Positions 19,123-28,600 of a DNA stretch of 64,000 bases are shown here, one piece after another. Each line of letters begins with the position of its first letter. The first letter of the stretch is position 1. Made by a program: the position numbers and the translations under genes. Origin of the DNA: Myxococcota bacterium (lineage in GTDB: Bacteria > Myxococcota_A > UBA9042); NCBI GenBank assembly GCA_964201005.1, contig CAXNCS010000007.1, forward strand, positions 167-64,166, read 5' to 3'. The notes beneath the pieces were generated by a model. That model did not search any database. It was not told the DNA's origin and saw nothing but the letters and a program-made list of their open reading frames with translations.

Positions 19123-19733
19123 AAGCCCGCCCCCCGCCGCAAGGCCGCCAGCCCAGGGCCCGCGGGCCAGCGACCGTTACCCGAATGGGCCGAGCCCCGG
19201 GCGTCGCGCGGCTGCGGCCACCTGCGCGCACTCCAACCCCCCAGCCGCGGCGCGACCGAGGGCTCGGTCGACTGGCTGGCAAGCCAGGCGATAGGGCGCG
19301 GTCCTGCGACGCCACCGCGCAGCGGCGGCGGACCAGGAGGCCCCCAAAAACCGCCCCCGCCAAAGCAAATTCCCCAAGCCACCAGCCACACCCTCACCTT
19401 CACCCTTGTCCTGCGGCAGGTTCAGGCCCGCCCCCGCCGCCGGCAATTGACCGCACCGCGGCCGTCATCGTAGGCTAGTACATCGAACCTCAAGTTCGCA
19501 GTGGGTTGTCAGGAATTCCGAGTTCGATGTACGAAAAAAGACCCAGCAGAAGTACCCCAAACCCATGCCCTGGAATTCGGCGAACCCGCCGCGAATTTCG
19601 GGTTTGGGGTACTAGTGCCTGCTCCTGGCAGCCCCCTGCGCCAAATAGGCCGCAGGCCGATCCCCAATCGCCGCCCCTGAAAGCGGCCCTGGCTTGCCCT
19701 TTACCTCCACCTCCACCCCAACAAGGAATTGCG

Positions 19734-21080
19734 ATGAAACCTAGCAATCTCAAAAGCTGGCTCCTCGGTGCCAGCGCTGCAGCCTCTCTAGCCGCCCTCC
19801 CCGCCGCCGCCGACGACCACCCGGGCTGGCGCGAGGCCTTTGACGGCAAAGGCGAATACGGCTACCTGAGCACATGGTTCGTCGGCAACCACAAGATCGC
19901 CGGTGACGACGGCGTTGTGGGCAGCAAGTACTTCAAAGAGGCGATTCTGGGAACGCAGAAGCTGCCGCTGGAGCTGATCCAGGCTGGTCTTGACGTGCCT
20001 GACAAGGCCAAGAGCCTGTACTCCACGGCCTGCTTGGGCAATTGGAGCTGCAAGTTCGTCACGCCGTCTTTTGAGATGCTGGTGCTGCGGCGCGACCCGG
20101 CCCACAAAGCCATCATTGAAGGCTTCTTTGCCAAAGACTCGAACTGGCAGCAGGCCGGCTATAGCTGGCGCGGCTTTCTGATCCGCATGGTGGGCTGGTA
20201 CAATGACAAGTCGCTGGCGCCTCTGGTGGTCAAGATGGCCACGTTTGAGCCAGACAGCGAATACACCAACGATGCCCTGACTGCGGCGGCGAGCCTGCTG
20301 GGCACGTGGAACGACAAGAGCCTGATTGAGCCGTGCCAAGCGGCCTTTGAAGTCGAGCGCAACGACGCCCGCGCCATCGAGCCGGCCCGCCAGGCTTGCG
20401 CCTGGTACCTGACGCGCATGGGCGACAAGGTCGTGGCTGGCAAGCTCAAGCGCGCGCGCATGGGCAGTGACTATGTGGCGACGCTCGCCGCTGCGGCCAT
20501 GGGCAACACCGACGCCAAGGCCGACTGGCAAAAAGCGGCCAAAGAATTTGCCGGCAGCCCCGACCGCACCGACCACGCCGTGGCCCTGGTGGCGCTGGCG
20601 CTGAGCGGCGACGGCAAGGCGGAGAAGCAAGTCGTGGGCCTCTTGGGCGGCAAAAACCCAGACGCCGCCTGGGAACACGCCACCTTGCTCGCCAACTACG
20701 CCGACACGCCGGTGGGCAAGCGGGTGCTCGCGGCGGTCAAGAACGCCGTCTACGCGCTGCCCATCAAGGAGAAGGCGGGGCGCGTGCAGGCGGTCGTCGC
20801 GGCGCACTTGGCGCGGATGGGCGACGCGGGCGCGGTCCCGGCCATCAAGAAGCTGTTTGCCAGCGATGACGAGAGCGTGCGCGAATACCTGGCCCGCACT
20901 TTGGCCACGGGGACCGCGGGCGTGGTACTCAAGCTGCCGGGCAACGGCCTGGCTGGCGGCGCCCCGGTGGCGGGTCTGGTGGCGGTGCTGCAGGAAGCGT
21001 TTGGCAATGAAGAGAACAAGGCGATCCGCGCCAATATCGCCCGCGCTTGGGCCATGGCCGCTCCGGCGGGTGGCAGTTAG
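19734..21080 (+). CDS. Secreted HEAT/ARM-repeat-like hypothetical protein
   Basis: AAGGA RBS; signal peptide MKPSNLKSWLLGASAAASLAALPAAA; Ala-rich helical repeats (AVPAIKKLFASDDESVREYLARTL). Confidence 0.75.
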   Translation: MKPSNLKSWLLGASAAASLAALPAAADDHPGWREAFDGKGEYGYLSTWFVGNHKIAGDDGVVGSKYFKEAILGTQKLPLELIQAGLDVPDKAKSLYSTACLGNWSCKFVTPSFEMLVLRRDPAHKAIIEGFFAKDSNWQQAGYSWRGFLIRMVGWYNDKSLAPLVVKMATFEPDSEYTNDALTAAASLLGTWNDKSLIEPCQAAFEVERNDARAIEPARQACAWYLTRMGDKVVAGKLKRARMGSDYVATLAAAAMGNTDAKADWQKAAKEFAGSPDRTDHAVALVALALSGDGKAEKQVVGLLGGKNPDAAWEHATLLANYADTPVGKRVLAAVKNAVYALPIKEKAGRVQAVVAAHLARMGDAGAVPAIKKLFASDDESVREYLARTLATGTAGVVLKLPGNGLAGGAPVAGLVAVLQEAFGNEENKAIRANIARAWAMAAPAGGS

Positions 21081-21134
21081 GACCGCGCACGGACGGCGAG
21101 GTTGCCGCTTTTTCCGGTACCTTAAGCCGGCTCC

Positions 21135-22625
21135 CTACTTCTCGCACGCCACCATCGGCTTAGTCGCCGCCGAAGTGAAGGCATTGTCCTTGTAGCACGG
21201 CGCGATGCACCACTGACCGCTGGCCTGCCACATCTTGGTCTTGCCACTTGCGCAAGTCTTGCCTTGCTGTTTGCACGGCTCAAACGGCGCTTTGCTGCCG
21301 CCGCTCAGGGTGTTGGGCCAGTGCAGCCGGCCGACGGTCCACATGTCGCCGGGCTCCAGCTCGACATCGGCCAGGTTCATCACCAGAACTCCCTGGGCCC
21401 AGATCTTGATGTTGGCTTTGCTTTGGCCCAGGTCGTGGTCGTTCCAATAGTGCACGCCCACAGTGTAGGCCACCGGGTCGTTGAGGGTGCCTTCGCTCTT
21501 GGTCAAAGAAAGCGTTTCGCCGACGTCGCCGGCCTTGTCGTCGCCGCTCAGGGTCGGGTCGGTCGGGCTCCCGGGGGTGGTCCACGTCGGCTTGAGGTTG
21601 TACCAGAAGGCGTCCCAGGGGTTGCTGAACCACGGGTCGCCGACTCCGTCGCAGTCGCGGTCCAGGCCCTGGGCCATGGGGTGGGCAAAGTGCAGGTCGA
21701 GATCGGCGCCCGGGCTGTCGTCCTTGCCCTTGGCCCCCGGTGTCTGCCAGGTCAGGCCGGCCGAGACCTCGTGGCCCGGCACCACCAGCACTTCGACACA
21801 GGACGGCGCGCAGGACTTGACGCCCTTGGCATCCCAGACGCTCAAGCAGAAGCTGTAAGTGCCCACCGCGGCGGCGATGAGGCTCACGTCAGGCGCGCTG
21901 CCGCCGGGGCTCAGGGCCAGGTTGCTGCCGGCCGGCTGGCTGACGGCCCACTCAAATTTGGCGATGGCCGCGCCCGTGGGGCTCTTGGAGCCGCTGCTGC
22001 TCAGGTGCAACGCGGTGTTGACCATGACCTCACTGCCCTCAGCGACTTTTGCGACGGCGATGGGGCAGCTGGGCGGGTCGACCGGCCCTTCATTCTTGAC
22101 CTCTTTGGCCCCAATCGCCAGGTTGGACGCGCCGACATCCGTGGCCACGCCCAGCGCCCCGACCATGGCGGCGGCATCGGTGCGGCAATACTCCAAAGCG
22201 ATGCCGGCGGCTTGGTTGGGCGCCAGACTGACCGGCGTGGCCAGCCCCCAGTTCTGACCGCCCGGCTTGCTCTGGCCGGCCATGCTCTGGGGCGCCAGCC
22301 ACTTGACGGTCAACTGCGGGCTGATCAGCTGCAGGTCCAGGCCGGAGATCAGAAGCGGCGCGTCGCCGATATTGCGCAGGGTCGCCGTGCGGGTGTTGCA
22401 GGTGCCCATCAGCTGGCCGCCAAAATCGATCGGCTCTGGGCTGATCTGCAGCTTGCCCTTGGCGACCGGGGCGATATCCGCGGTGTCGGTGGCGATCGCC
22501 GCGTCGGCAGGGGCGGGCAGGGTGCCTTCTCCCGTGCTTTGGTTCAGATCACAGGCCCACAGCAGGGCAACAGAAGCGACGGCGAGCCAGCGACGTTCGC
22601 AGGCCAGGACAATGGACGCGGCCAT
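21135..22625 (-). CDS. Lipoprotein with choice-of-anchor D/ASH Ig-like, PKD-like and DLDLH (YfaP/DUF2135-like) domains
   Basis: Lipobox LWAC; ISPEPIDFG...LRNIGDAPLLIS; FEWAVSQP...GTYSFCLSVWD; LTW...DLDLH...YTVGVHYW. Confidence 0.75.
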   Translation of the reverse strand: MAASIVLACERRWLAVASVALLWACDLNQSTGEGTLPAPADAAIATDTADIAPVAKGKLQISPEPIDFGGQLMGTCNTRTATLRNIGDAPLLISGLDLQLISPQLTVKWLAPQSMAGQSKPGGQNWGLATPVSLAPNQAAGIALEYCRTDAAAMVGALGVATDVGASNLAIGAKEVKNEGPVDPPSCPIAVAKVAEGSEVMVNTALHLSSSGSKSPTGAAIAKFEWAVSQPAGSNLALSPGGSAPDVSLIAAAVGTYSFCLSVWDAKGVKSCAPSCVEVLVVPGHEVSAGLTWQTPGAKGKDDSPGADLDLHFAHPMAQGLDRDCDGVGDPWFSNPWDAFWYNLKPTWTTPGSPTDPTLSGDDKAGDVGETLSLTKSEGTLNDPVAYTVGVHYWNDHDLGQSKANIKIWAQGVLVMNLADVELEPGDMWTVGRLHWPNTLSGGSKAPFEPCKQQGKTCASGKTKMWQASGQWCIAPCYKDNAFTSAATKPMVACEK

Positions 22626-22859
22626 GGACCACCTCGGCTCGGCAGAGGGACGACCTCGCAATAAGCCAGCGGCATGCTCGCCCTCCCCCGGTGGAAGTCA
22701 AGAATTCCATGCGCGGTCAGGGTCTATGGACCCCTGCTGCGGCCGATCCGTTGACTCCGGCGCGCTTCGGCCCCAGCATTCGCCCTTAGCGCAGGCCCCC
22801 GGCTGCGGCGGAAGTCCCGCTGCGCCGCCATGCGGAGGTCCCGCGCGCCCCGGACGCCC

Positions 22860-24428
22860 ATGAGCCAGACCGCAGACGCGCTGCCCCCGCACCAACAACG
22901 CACCTTGATGGGCCACCCCGTCGGCCTGTTTGTGCTGTTTTTTACCGAGATGTGGGAGCGGTTCTCCTACTACGGCATGCGCGGCCTGCTCAAGCTGTAC
23001 ATGGTCAACTACCTGTTTGTCAGCGCCCGGCAGGTCTATCAGGGCGGCGCCTACGATCCCAGCAAGATCGCCGATCCCAATGCGGTTTTTGGCTGGAGCT
23101 TTATCCAGTCGCTGCTGCCCAGCGTCGATGCCTCGCAGGCCGCCCAGTGCATCCAGACCAAGGTGGCGATTCTGACCCAGGGCGACGCGGTCAAGGGCCT
23201 GCAGGCGATGTCGGTCGATGTCGCCCAGCGAATTGCCGAGCAGACGTGCGCGATTGAGCCGCGCGCCTCGGTCATTTACGGCTGGTACACCGGGCTCGTC
23301 TACCTGACGCCGCTGCTGGGCGGCTGGATGGCCGACCGCTACCTGGGCCAGCGCCGCTCCGTGCTGATGGGCGGCCTGGTGATGGCGGCCGGGCAGTTCC
23401 TGCTGTTTGGCGCAGAAAACCTGTTCTTTGTGGGGCTGTTGCTGCTGATCGTCGGCAACGGCTTCTTTAAGCCCAACATTTCGACCCAAGTCGGCAGCCT
23501 GTACGCAGAGAACGACCCGCGCCGAGACGGTGCCTTCACCATCTTCTACATGGGCATCAACCTCGGCGCTTTCCTGTGCAATTTTGTGGCGGGCACCCTG
23601 GCGATGCTCTACGGCTGGCGCTACGGCTTTCTCGCCTCGGGCTTTGGCATGCTGATTGGCGTGGCTATCCAGATCGCTGGCGCGCGCTACTTGGCTCCAG
23701 ACGGCCTCGCCCAGCGCAAGCTAGACCAGGCCAAGGCCGGCGGCGAAGTGCAAAAGGCCGCGCATCAGCCGCTCAGCCCCAATGAGTGGAAGCGCGTCTG
23801 GGCTCTGGTGGCCCTCTGCGCCCTCAACGTGGTGTTCTGGGCCGTCTATGAGCAGCAGGGCAACACCATGCAGACCTGGGCCGACGAGCAGACCGTCTGG
23901 CCGTCCTGGGCCTCGTCGACCTGGTTTCAGTCGGTCAACCCGTTCTTTATCTTCCTGCTCGCGCCGTTTCTCGACCGGTTCTGGCGCAAGCAAAACGCCA
24001 ACGGCACCGAACCCTCCTCCGTCTCCAAGATGGTCATCGGCTGCTTTGTGCTCGGCCTGTCGTTTATCGTGATGATTGTCGGGGCTAATGTCGTCGGTGC
24101 GGGCAAAGGCAGCTGGCTGTGGCCCATCGTCTGCACGCTGCTCTTGACCGTCGGCGAGCTCTACCTGTCGCCCGTCGGCCTGTCGCTCGTGACCAAGGTC
24201 AGCCCGGCGCGCATCGTCAGCCTGATGATGGGCATGTGGTTCCTGTCGAGCTTTTTTGGCAACATCCTCTCGGGTTACATCGGCCAGCTGTACACGTCGA
24301 TGTCCAAGGACGCGTTCTTCTTTATCCTCATGGTCCTGGGCCTCAGCGCCGGCGCGATGATGTGGGCGTTCAACAAGCCGCTGAAAAAGGCCCTGTCGAC
24401 CAGCGAGCCCGAGGCAAGCCCCGCGTAA
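22860..24428 (+). CDS. POT/PTR-family proton-dependent oligopeptide MFS transporter
   Basis: GHPVGLFVLFFTEMWERFSYYGMR; GNGFFKPNIS; FYMGINLG; FQSVNP; GELYLSPVGLS. Confidence 0.95.
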   Translation: MSQTADALPPHQQRTLMGHPVGLFVLFFTEMWERFSYYGMRGLLKLYMVNYLFVSARQVYQGGAYDPSKIADPNAVFGWSFIQSLLPSVDASQAAQCIQTKVAILTQGDAVKGLQAMSVDVAQRIAEQTCAIEPRASVIYGWYTGLVYLTPLLGGWMADRYLGQRRSVLMGGLVMAAGQFLLFGAENLFFVGLLLLIVGNGFFKPNISTQVGSLYAENDPRRDGAFTIFYMGINLGAFLCNFVAGTLAMLYGWRYGFLASGFGMLIGVAIQIAGARYLAPDGLAQRKLDQAKAGGEVQKAAHQPLSPNEWKRVWALVALCALNVVFWAVYEQQGNTMQTWADEQTVWPSWASSTWFQSVNPFFIFLLAPFLDRFWRKQNANGTEPSSVSKMVIGCFVLGLSFIVMIVGANVVGAGKGSWLWPIVCTLLLTVGELYLSPVGLSLVTKVSPARIVSLMMGMWFLSSFFGNILSGYIGQLYTSMSKDAFFFILMVLGLSAGAMMWAFNKPLKKALSTSEPEASPA

Positions 24429-24432
24429 GCGT

Positions 24433-24617
24433 ATCGAGGGGGACCTTGTTGTAAGCTCGCTCGGAGCTTGGCGAATTCGCCGATTCTGTTCGGGAGGCTA
24501 GCAGCAGGGCATCGAGGGGGACCTGCATTGAGGGGGACCTGCATCGAGGGGGACCTTGTTGTAAGCCTGCTCAGAGCTTAGCGAATTCGCCGATTCTGCT
24601 CTGGAGACTAGCAACAG
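24433..24617. repeat. Nested repeats: ~75-bp direct repeat (24433-24507 and 24543-24617) plus 3 tandem 16-bp units GCATYGAGGGGGACCT (24509-24556)
   Basis: Direct alignment of the copies. The second long copy overlaps the arsM stop codon. Confidence 0.9.
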
Positions 24618-25408
24618 GAGCGCTTGGCCGGCTTGCGCGCCTCGATCGTCGCAGAAACGACGTAATTCTCCAGGCCTGAACCCGGGATCCAGTCGGCCAT
24701 AAACGCGCGGCTCTCTTCCTTGAGGTTGATGCGGATATCGCTGAACCCCGCGCGGGCCAGCAGGTCGCTGACGGTGTCCACGCTCGCGGCGCCGGAGACA
24801 CAGGCGGTAAAGGCGGCCATGTCCTGAGCCAGCGCCTCGGGCAGCTCCTGGGTGGTGACCACGTCCGAAATCGCCAGGCGCCCGCCGGGTTTCAGCACGC
24901 GGAAGGCGTCCAGGAACACCGCGCCCTTGTCTGGGCTCAGGTTGATGACGCAGTTGGAGAGGATGACGTCCACGCTGTTGTCGGCCACCGGCAGGTGCTC
25001 GATCTCGCCCAGGCGGAATTCGACATTGGCGGTACCCAGTTTGACGGCATTGGCCCGCGCCTTGCTCAGCATGTCCGGGGTCATATCCACGCCAATGACC
25101 CGGCCCGCGTCGCCGACCTGCTTGGCCGCCAAAAAGCAGTCAAAACCGCCGCCTGCGCCCAGGTCCAGCACGGTCTCGCCCGGCTTGAGCGCGGCGATCG
25201 CCTGGGGATTGCCGCAGCCCAGGCCCATGTTGGCGCCCTCCGGAACGGCCGCGAGATCCTCTTGGCTGTAGCCCAGTTGCAAGCTGACGTCGGCGTTGGG
25301 GCTGCAGCAACCGGGGGCGGCACAGCAGGAGGCGCTGTCGGCGCGGGCGACGCTGGCGTACTGATCGCGCACCGCGGCGCGCACAAAATCCTTGGTCTGT
25401 TCGTTCAT
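24608..25408 (-). CDS. arsM: Arsenite S-adenosylmethionine methyltransferase
   Basis: GLGCGNP; [11 protein letters not shown]; [11 protein letters not shown]; [11 protein letters not shown]; N- and C-terminal CC pairs. Confidence 0.92.
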   Translation of the reverse strand: MNEQTKDFVRAAVRDQYASVARADSASCCAAPGCCSPNADVSLQLGYSQEDLAAVPEGANMGLGCGNPQAIAALKPGETVLDLGAGGGFDCFLAAKQVGDAGRVIGVDMTPDMLSKARANAVKLGTANVEFRLGEIEHLPVADNSVDVILSNCVINLSPDKGAVFLDAFRVLKPGGRLAISDVVTTQELPEALAQDMAAFTACVSGAASVDTVSDLLARAGFSDIRINLKEESRAFMADWIPGSGLENYVVSATIEARKPAKRSCC

Positions 25409-25465
25409 CGTCGGGGCTCCTAATGGGCGTGGCCTGAGGGCTAGCGTTCGCGAGGTGCGATGAGC

Positions 25466-25506
25466 TATCGTAAAAATACGATACGATGATCGCCCGAGGT
25501 TGTCAA
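25466..25506 (-). promoter_or_regulatory. Sigma70 promoter of arsM overlapped by an ArsR/SmtB-type operator
   Basis: -35 TTGACA (25506-25501), 17 bp spacer, -10 TATCGT (25483-25478). Inverted repeat TATCGTA-AAAA-TACGATA at 25466-25483. Confidence 0.7.
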
Positions 25507-25652
25507 GGCGGCCGTCGCCGCTGACTGGCGGTCCACCTGTGTCATTCCATTGTCATGCGGGCCTCGCATTGCCGTGTGGTCGCGGCGCGTTAGGCGTATC
25601 GTCGCGCACCTCGCAAGAGAGGCGTCCACGCGGCGCTGGGAGCAGCAGAAAC

Positions 25653-28600
25653 ATGGCGATCAGTGGCGACTCTGCGGTCCATCAATCGATATCTGAGTCG
25701 TCTGTGGAAGGGCAGGGTTGGCGGGTCGGCATTGACATCGGCTCGACCACGGCCAAGGTCGCGGTGCTGTACCCCACGGGGCAAAATGGCCTGCCGCCGC
25801 TGAGGTTTTCTACCTATCGCCGCCACGATGCCAAGGTCGCAGAGACCCTTGCGGCGATTTTTGCCGATTTGGCCGCGGAGCTGGGCCCGGGCGGCGACAG
25901 CGCCGAATTGTCCGTCTGTACAACCGGTTCAGCCGGCATGGGCGTCGCGGACCGCTTGGCCATCCCGTTTGTCCAGGAGGTGGTGGCCGCCATCGAGGTG
26001 GTCAAGCTGGCCCACCCCCAGGTGCGCACCCTGGTGGACATCGGCGGCGAAGACAGCAAGCTGGTGCTGATCGACGAACGCGGCCGCGCCGACATGCGCA
26101 TGAACGGCAGCTGCGCCGGCGGCACCGGGGCGTTTATCGACCAGATGGCCGCGCTGCTCGCAGTGAACCCAGCCGACCTGGAATCGCTGGCCCAGCAACA
26201 CCGCGAGATAACGCCGATCGCCAGTCGCTGCGGGGTGTTTGCCAAGACCGATGTGCAAAACCTCCTCAGCCGCAACGTGGCCAAGGCCGACATCGCCGCC
26301 TCGGTCTTTCACGCGGTAGCGGCGCAGACCGTGACTTCTCTGGCCCGCGCTGCGACGGTGCGCGGCAAAATGCTCCTGAGCGGCGGCCCGCTGACGTTTC
26401 TGCCCAGCCTGCGCGCCGCGGTGGTGGCCCGCTTTGGCATGACCGAGGCCGATGTCGAGCCCATGGCCCACGGCGAGCTCCTGTCTGCCCTGGGCGCGGC
26501 GCTGGCCCCCGCTGGTCCGCAGAGCCAGGTGACCCTGGGCGAGCTGCGCGGGCGCCTGGCCGCAAGCGTTGCCCAGCCCGGCTCGACCACCCGCCGCGAG
26601 CCGCCGCTGTTTGCCAGCCCGGGCGAATTTGCCGCGTGGAACGCCCAGCGCTTTGAGGTCATCGCTAGGGGGACCTCCCTAGAAATCCATGATCAGCCTT
26701 GCTTTTTGGGCATTGACTCGGGATCGACCACCACCAAGCTCGCCCTGGTGGACAGCGCCGGTCGGCTGGTCCTGGAGAGCTACGCCTTCAATCACGGCGA
26801 TCCCGTGGGCGCGGTCCAGCGCGGCCTGCGCGAGCTGCAGGAGAGACTCGACGCGGCCGGTGTGCGCCCCAAGCTCACGGCGAGTGCGGCCACTGGCTAC
26901 GGCGAAGACCTGGTGCACAACGTTTTTGGCTTGGATCTCGGGCTGGTGGAGACCATTGCCCACTTGCGCGCCGCCCGCGAATTGGCCCCCGGCGTGACCT
27001 TTGTGCTGGACATCGGCGGCCAGGACATGAAGGCCATGTTCATCGACGCGGGCGAGATCCGCAGCATTGAGATCAACGAAGCCTGCTCTTCAGGCTGTGG
27101 CAGTTTTCTGCAGACATTTTCAGAGGTTTTGGGCATTCCCATCGGCGAGTTTGCCGAGCGCGCCTGTGCTGCGGAGGCGCCGTGCCAGCTGGGTTCGCGG
27201 TGCACGGTGTTCATGAACTCGCGGGTCAAGCAGTTCCTGCGCGAGGGCGCGAGCGTAGAGGATCTCGCCGCCGGCCTCGCCTACTCCGTGGTGCGCAATT
27301 GCCTGGAGAAAGTGCTGCGCATCCACGATCCCGCGGTGCTGGGCGATACGGTGGTGGTGCAGGGCGGCACGTTCCTCAACCCCGCGGTTCAGCGGGCCTT
27401 TGAGCGGCTCACGGGCAAAAGGGCGATTTGTCCAGACGCGGCGGGGGTCATTGGCGCGTGGGGCGCGGCGCTGGTGGCCCTCGATCACCATCGCTTGGGG
27501 CATGTTCAGGTACAACCGCAAAGAACATTTGCAGAAATCGCGAACGTGGGCGAGTGCCGCAGCAACGACTTTGTCTGCCAAGCGTGCGAGAACAAGTGCA
27601 GCGTGCGCCGGCTGCGCTACCCGGGCAAAGCCGCGTATTTCTCAGGGAATCGCTGCGATCGCGTGCAGTCCAACCGCGGCAAGCGCGCCGTTCCGGGCAC
27701 CAACCTGGCGCTGCGCCGCGAGGAGCTGTGGCTCGGACCCAAGCTGCCGCCGCGGCCGGAGAAACGCCTGCGCATCGGCCTGCCGCGGGTGCTGAACCTC
27801 TTTGAAAGTCTGCCCTTTTGGCGCACGTTGCTGGACGGCGTGGGCCTGGAGCCGCTGCTGTCGCCGCCGACCACCGCACAGCTGTACCAGCAGGGCATCC
27901 CGACGCTGATGTCCGATAGCCTGTGCCTGCCGGCCAAGGTCGCCCACGGCCACATCCTGCAGCTCTTGGAGCAGAAGCCCGACGCGATTTTCTACCCACA
28001 AGTGGTGTTCGAGCTGCCAGAGGCCGATGCGCTGAGCAGCTTTAACTGCCCGATTGTAACAGGGTATCCCGAGGTGATCCGCTCGGCCATCGATCCCCAG
28101 AGCCGCGGCGTGCCGTTTCACGCCCCCGTGCTGACCTTTCGCGACAAAGACCTGCTGCGCGACGCCTGCCGCAAAGCTGTGCTGGCGCTGGGGGCCACGG
28201 GGCAGGGCTTTGAGCGCGCCTTTGAAGCAGGCCTGGACGAGCTAGCGCGGGTGCGCCGCGAACAGCAGGGCGAAGGCCAGCGCTTGGTCAACGAGGCTGC
28301 GCGCACTGGCCGGCGGGTGATCCTGCTGATCGGCCGACCCTACCACCTGGATCGCTATATTAATCATGGGATTCCGGACATCATCGCCGGCTTGGGCCTG
28401 GATGTCATCACCACCGAGATGGTGCCAGTGGAGCAGAAGCTCGACGGCCTGCAAGTCCTGACCCAGTGGGCCTTTCCCAACCGCCTGTATCACGCCGCCC
28501 GCTACGCCGTACAGCACCGCCACGTTGAGGTTGTGCAAATCAATTCCTTTGGTTGTGGCCCCGACTCCATGGCGATCGACGAGGTGCGGGCCATCCTTCA

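Noticed and set aside
24509-24556. Possible CRISPR array
   Set aside because: The 16-bp units are directly tandem with no spacers, and there are no cas genes.
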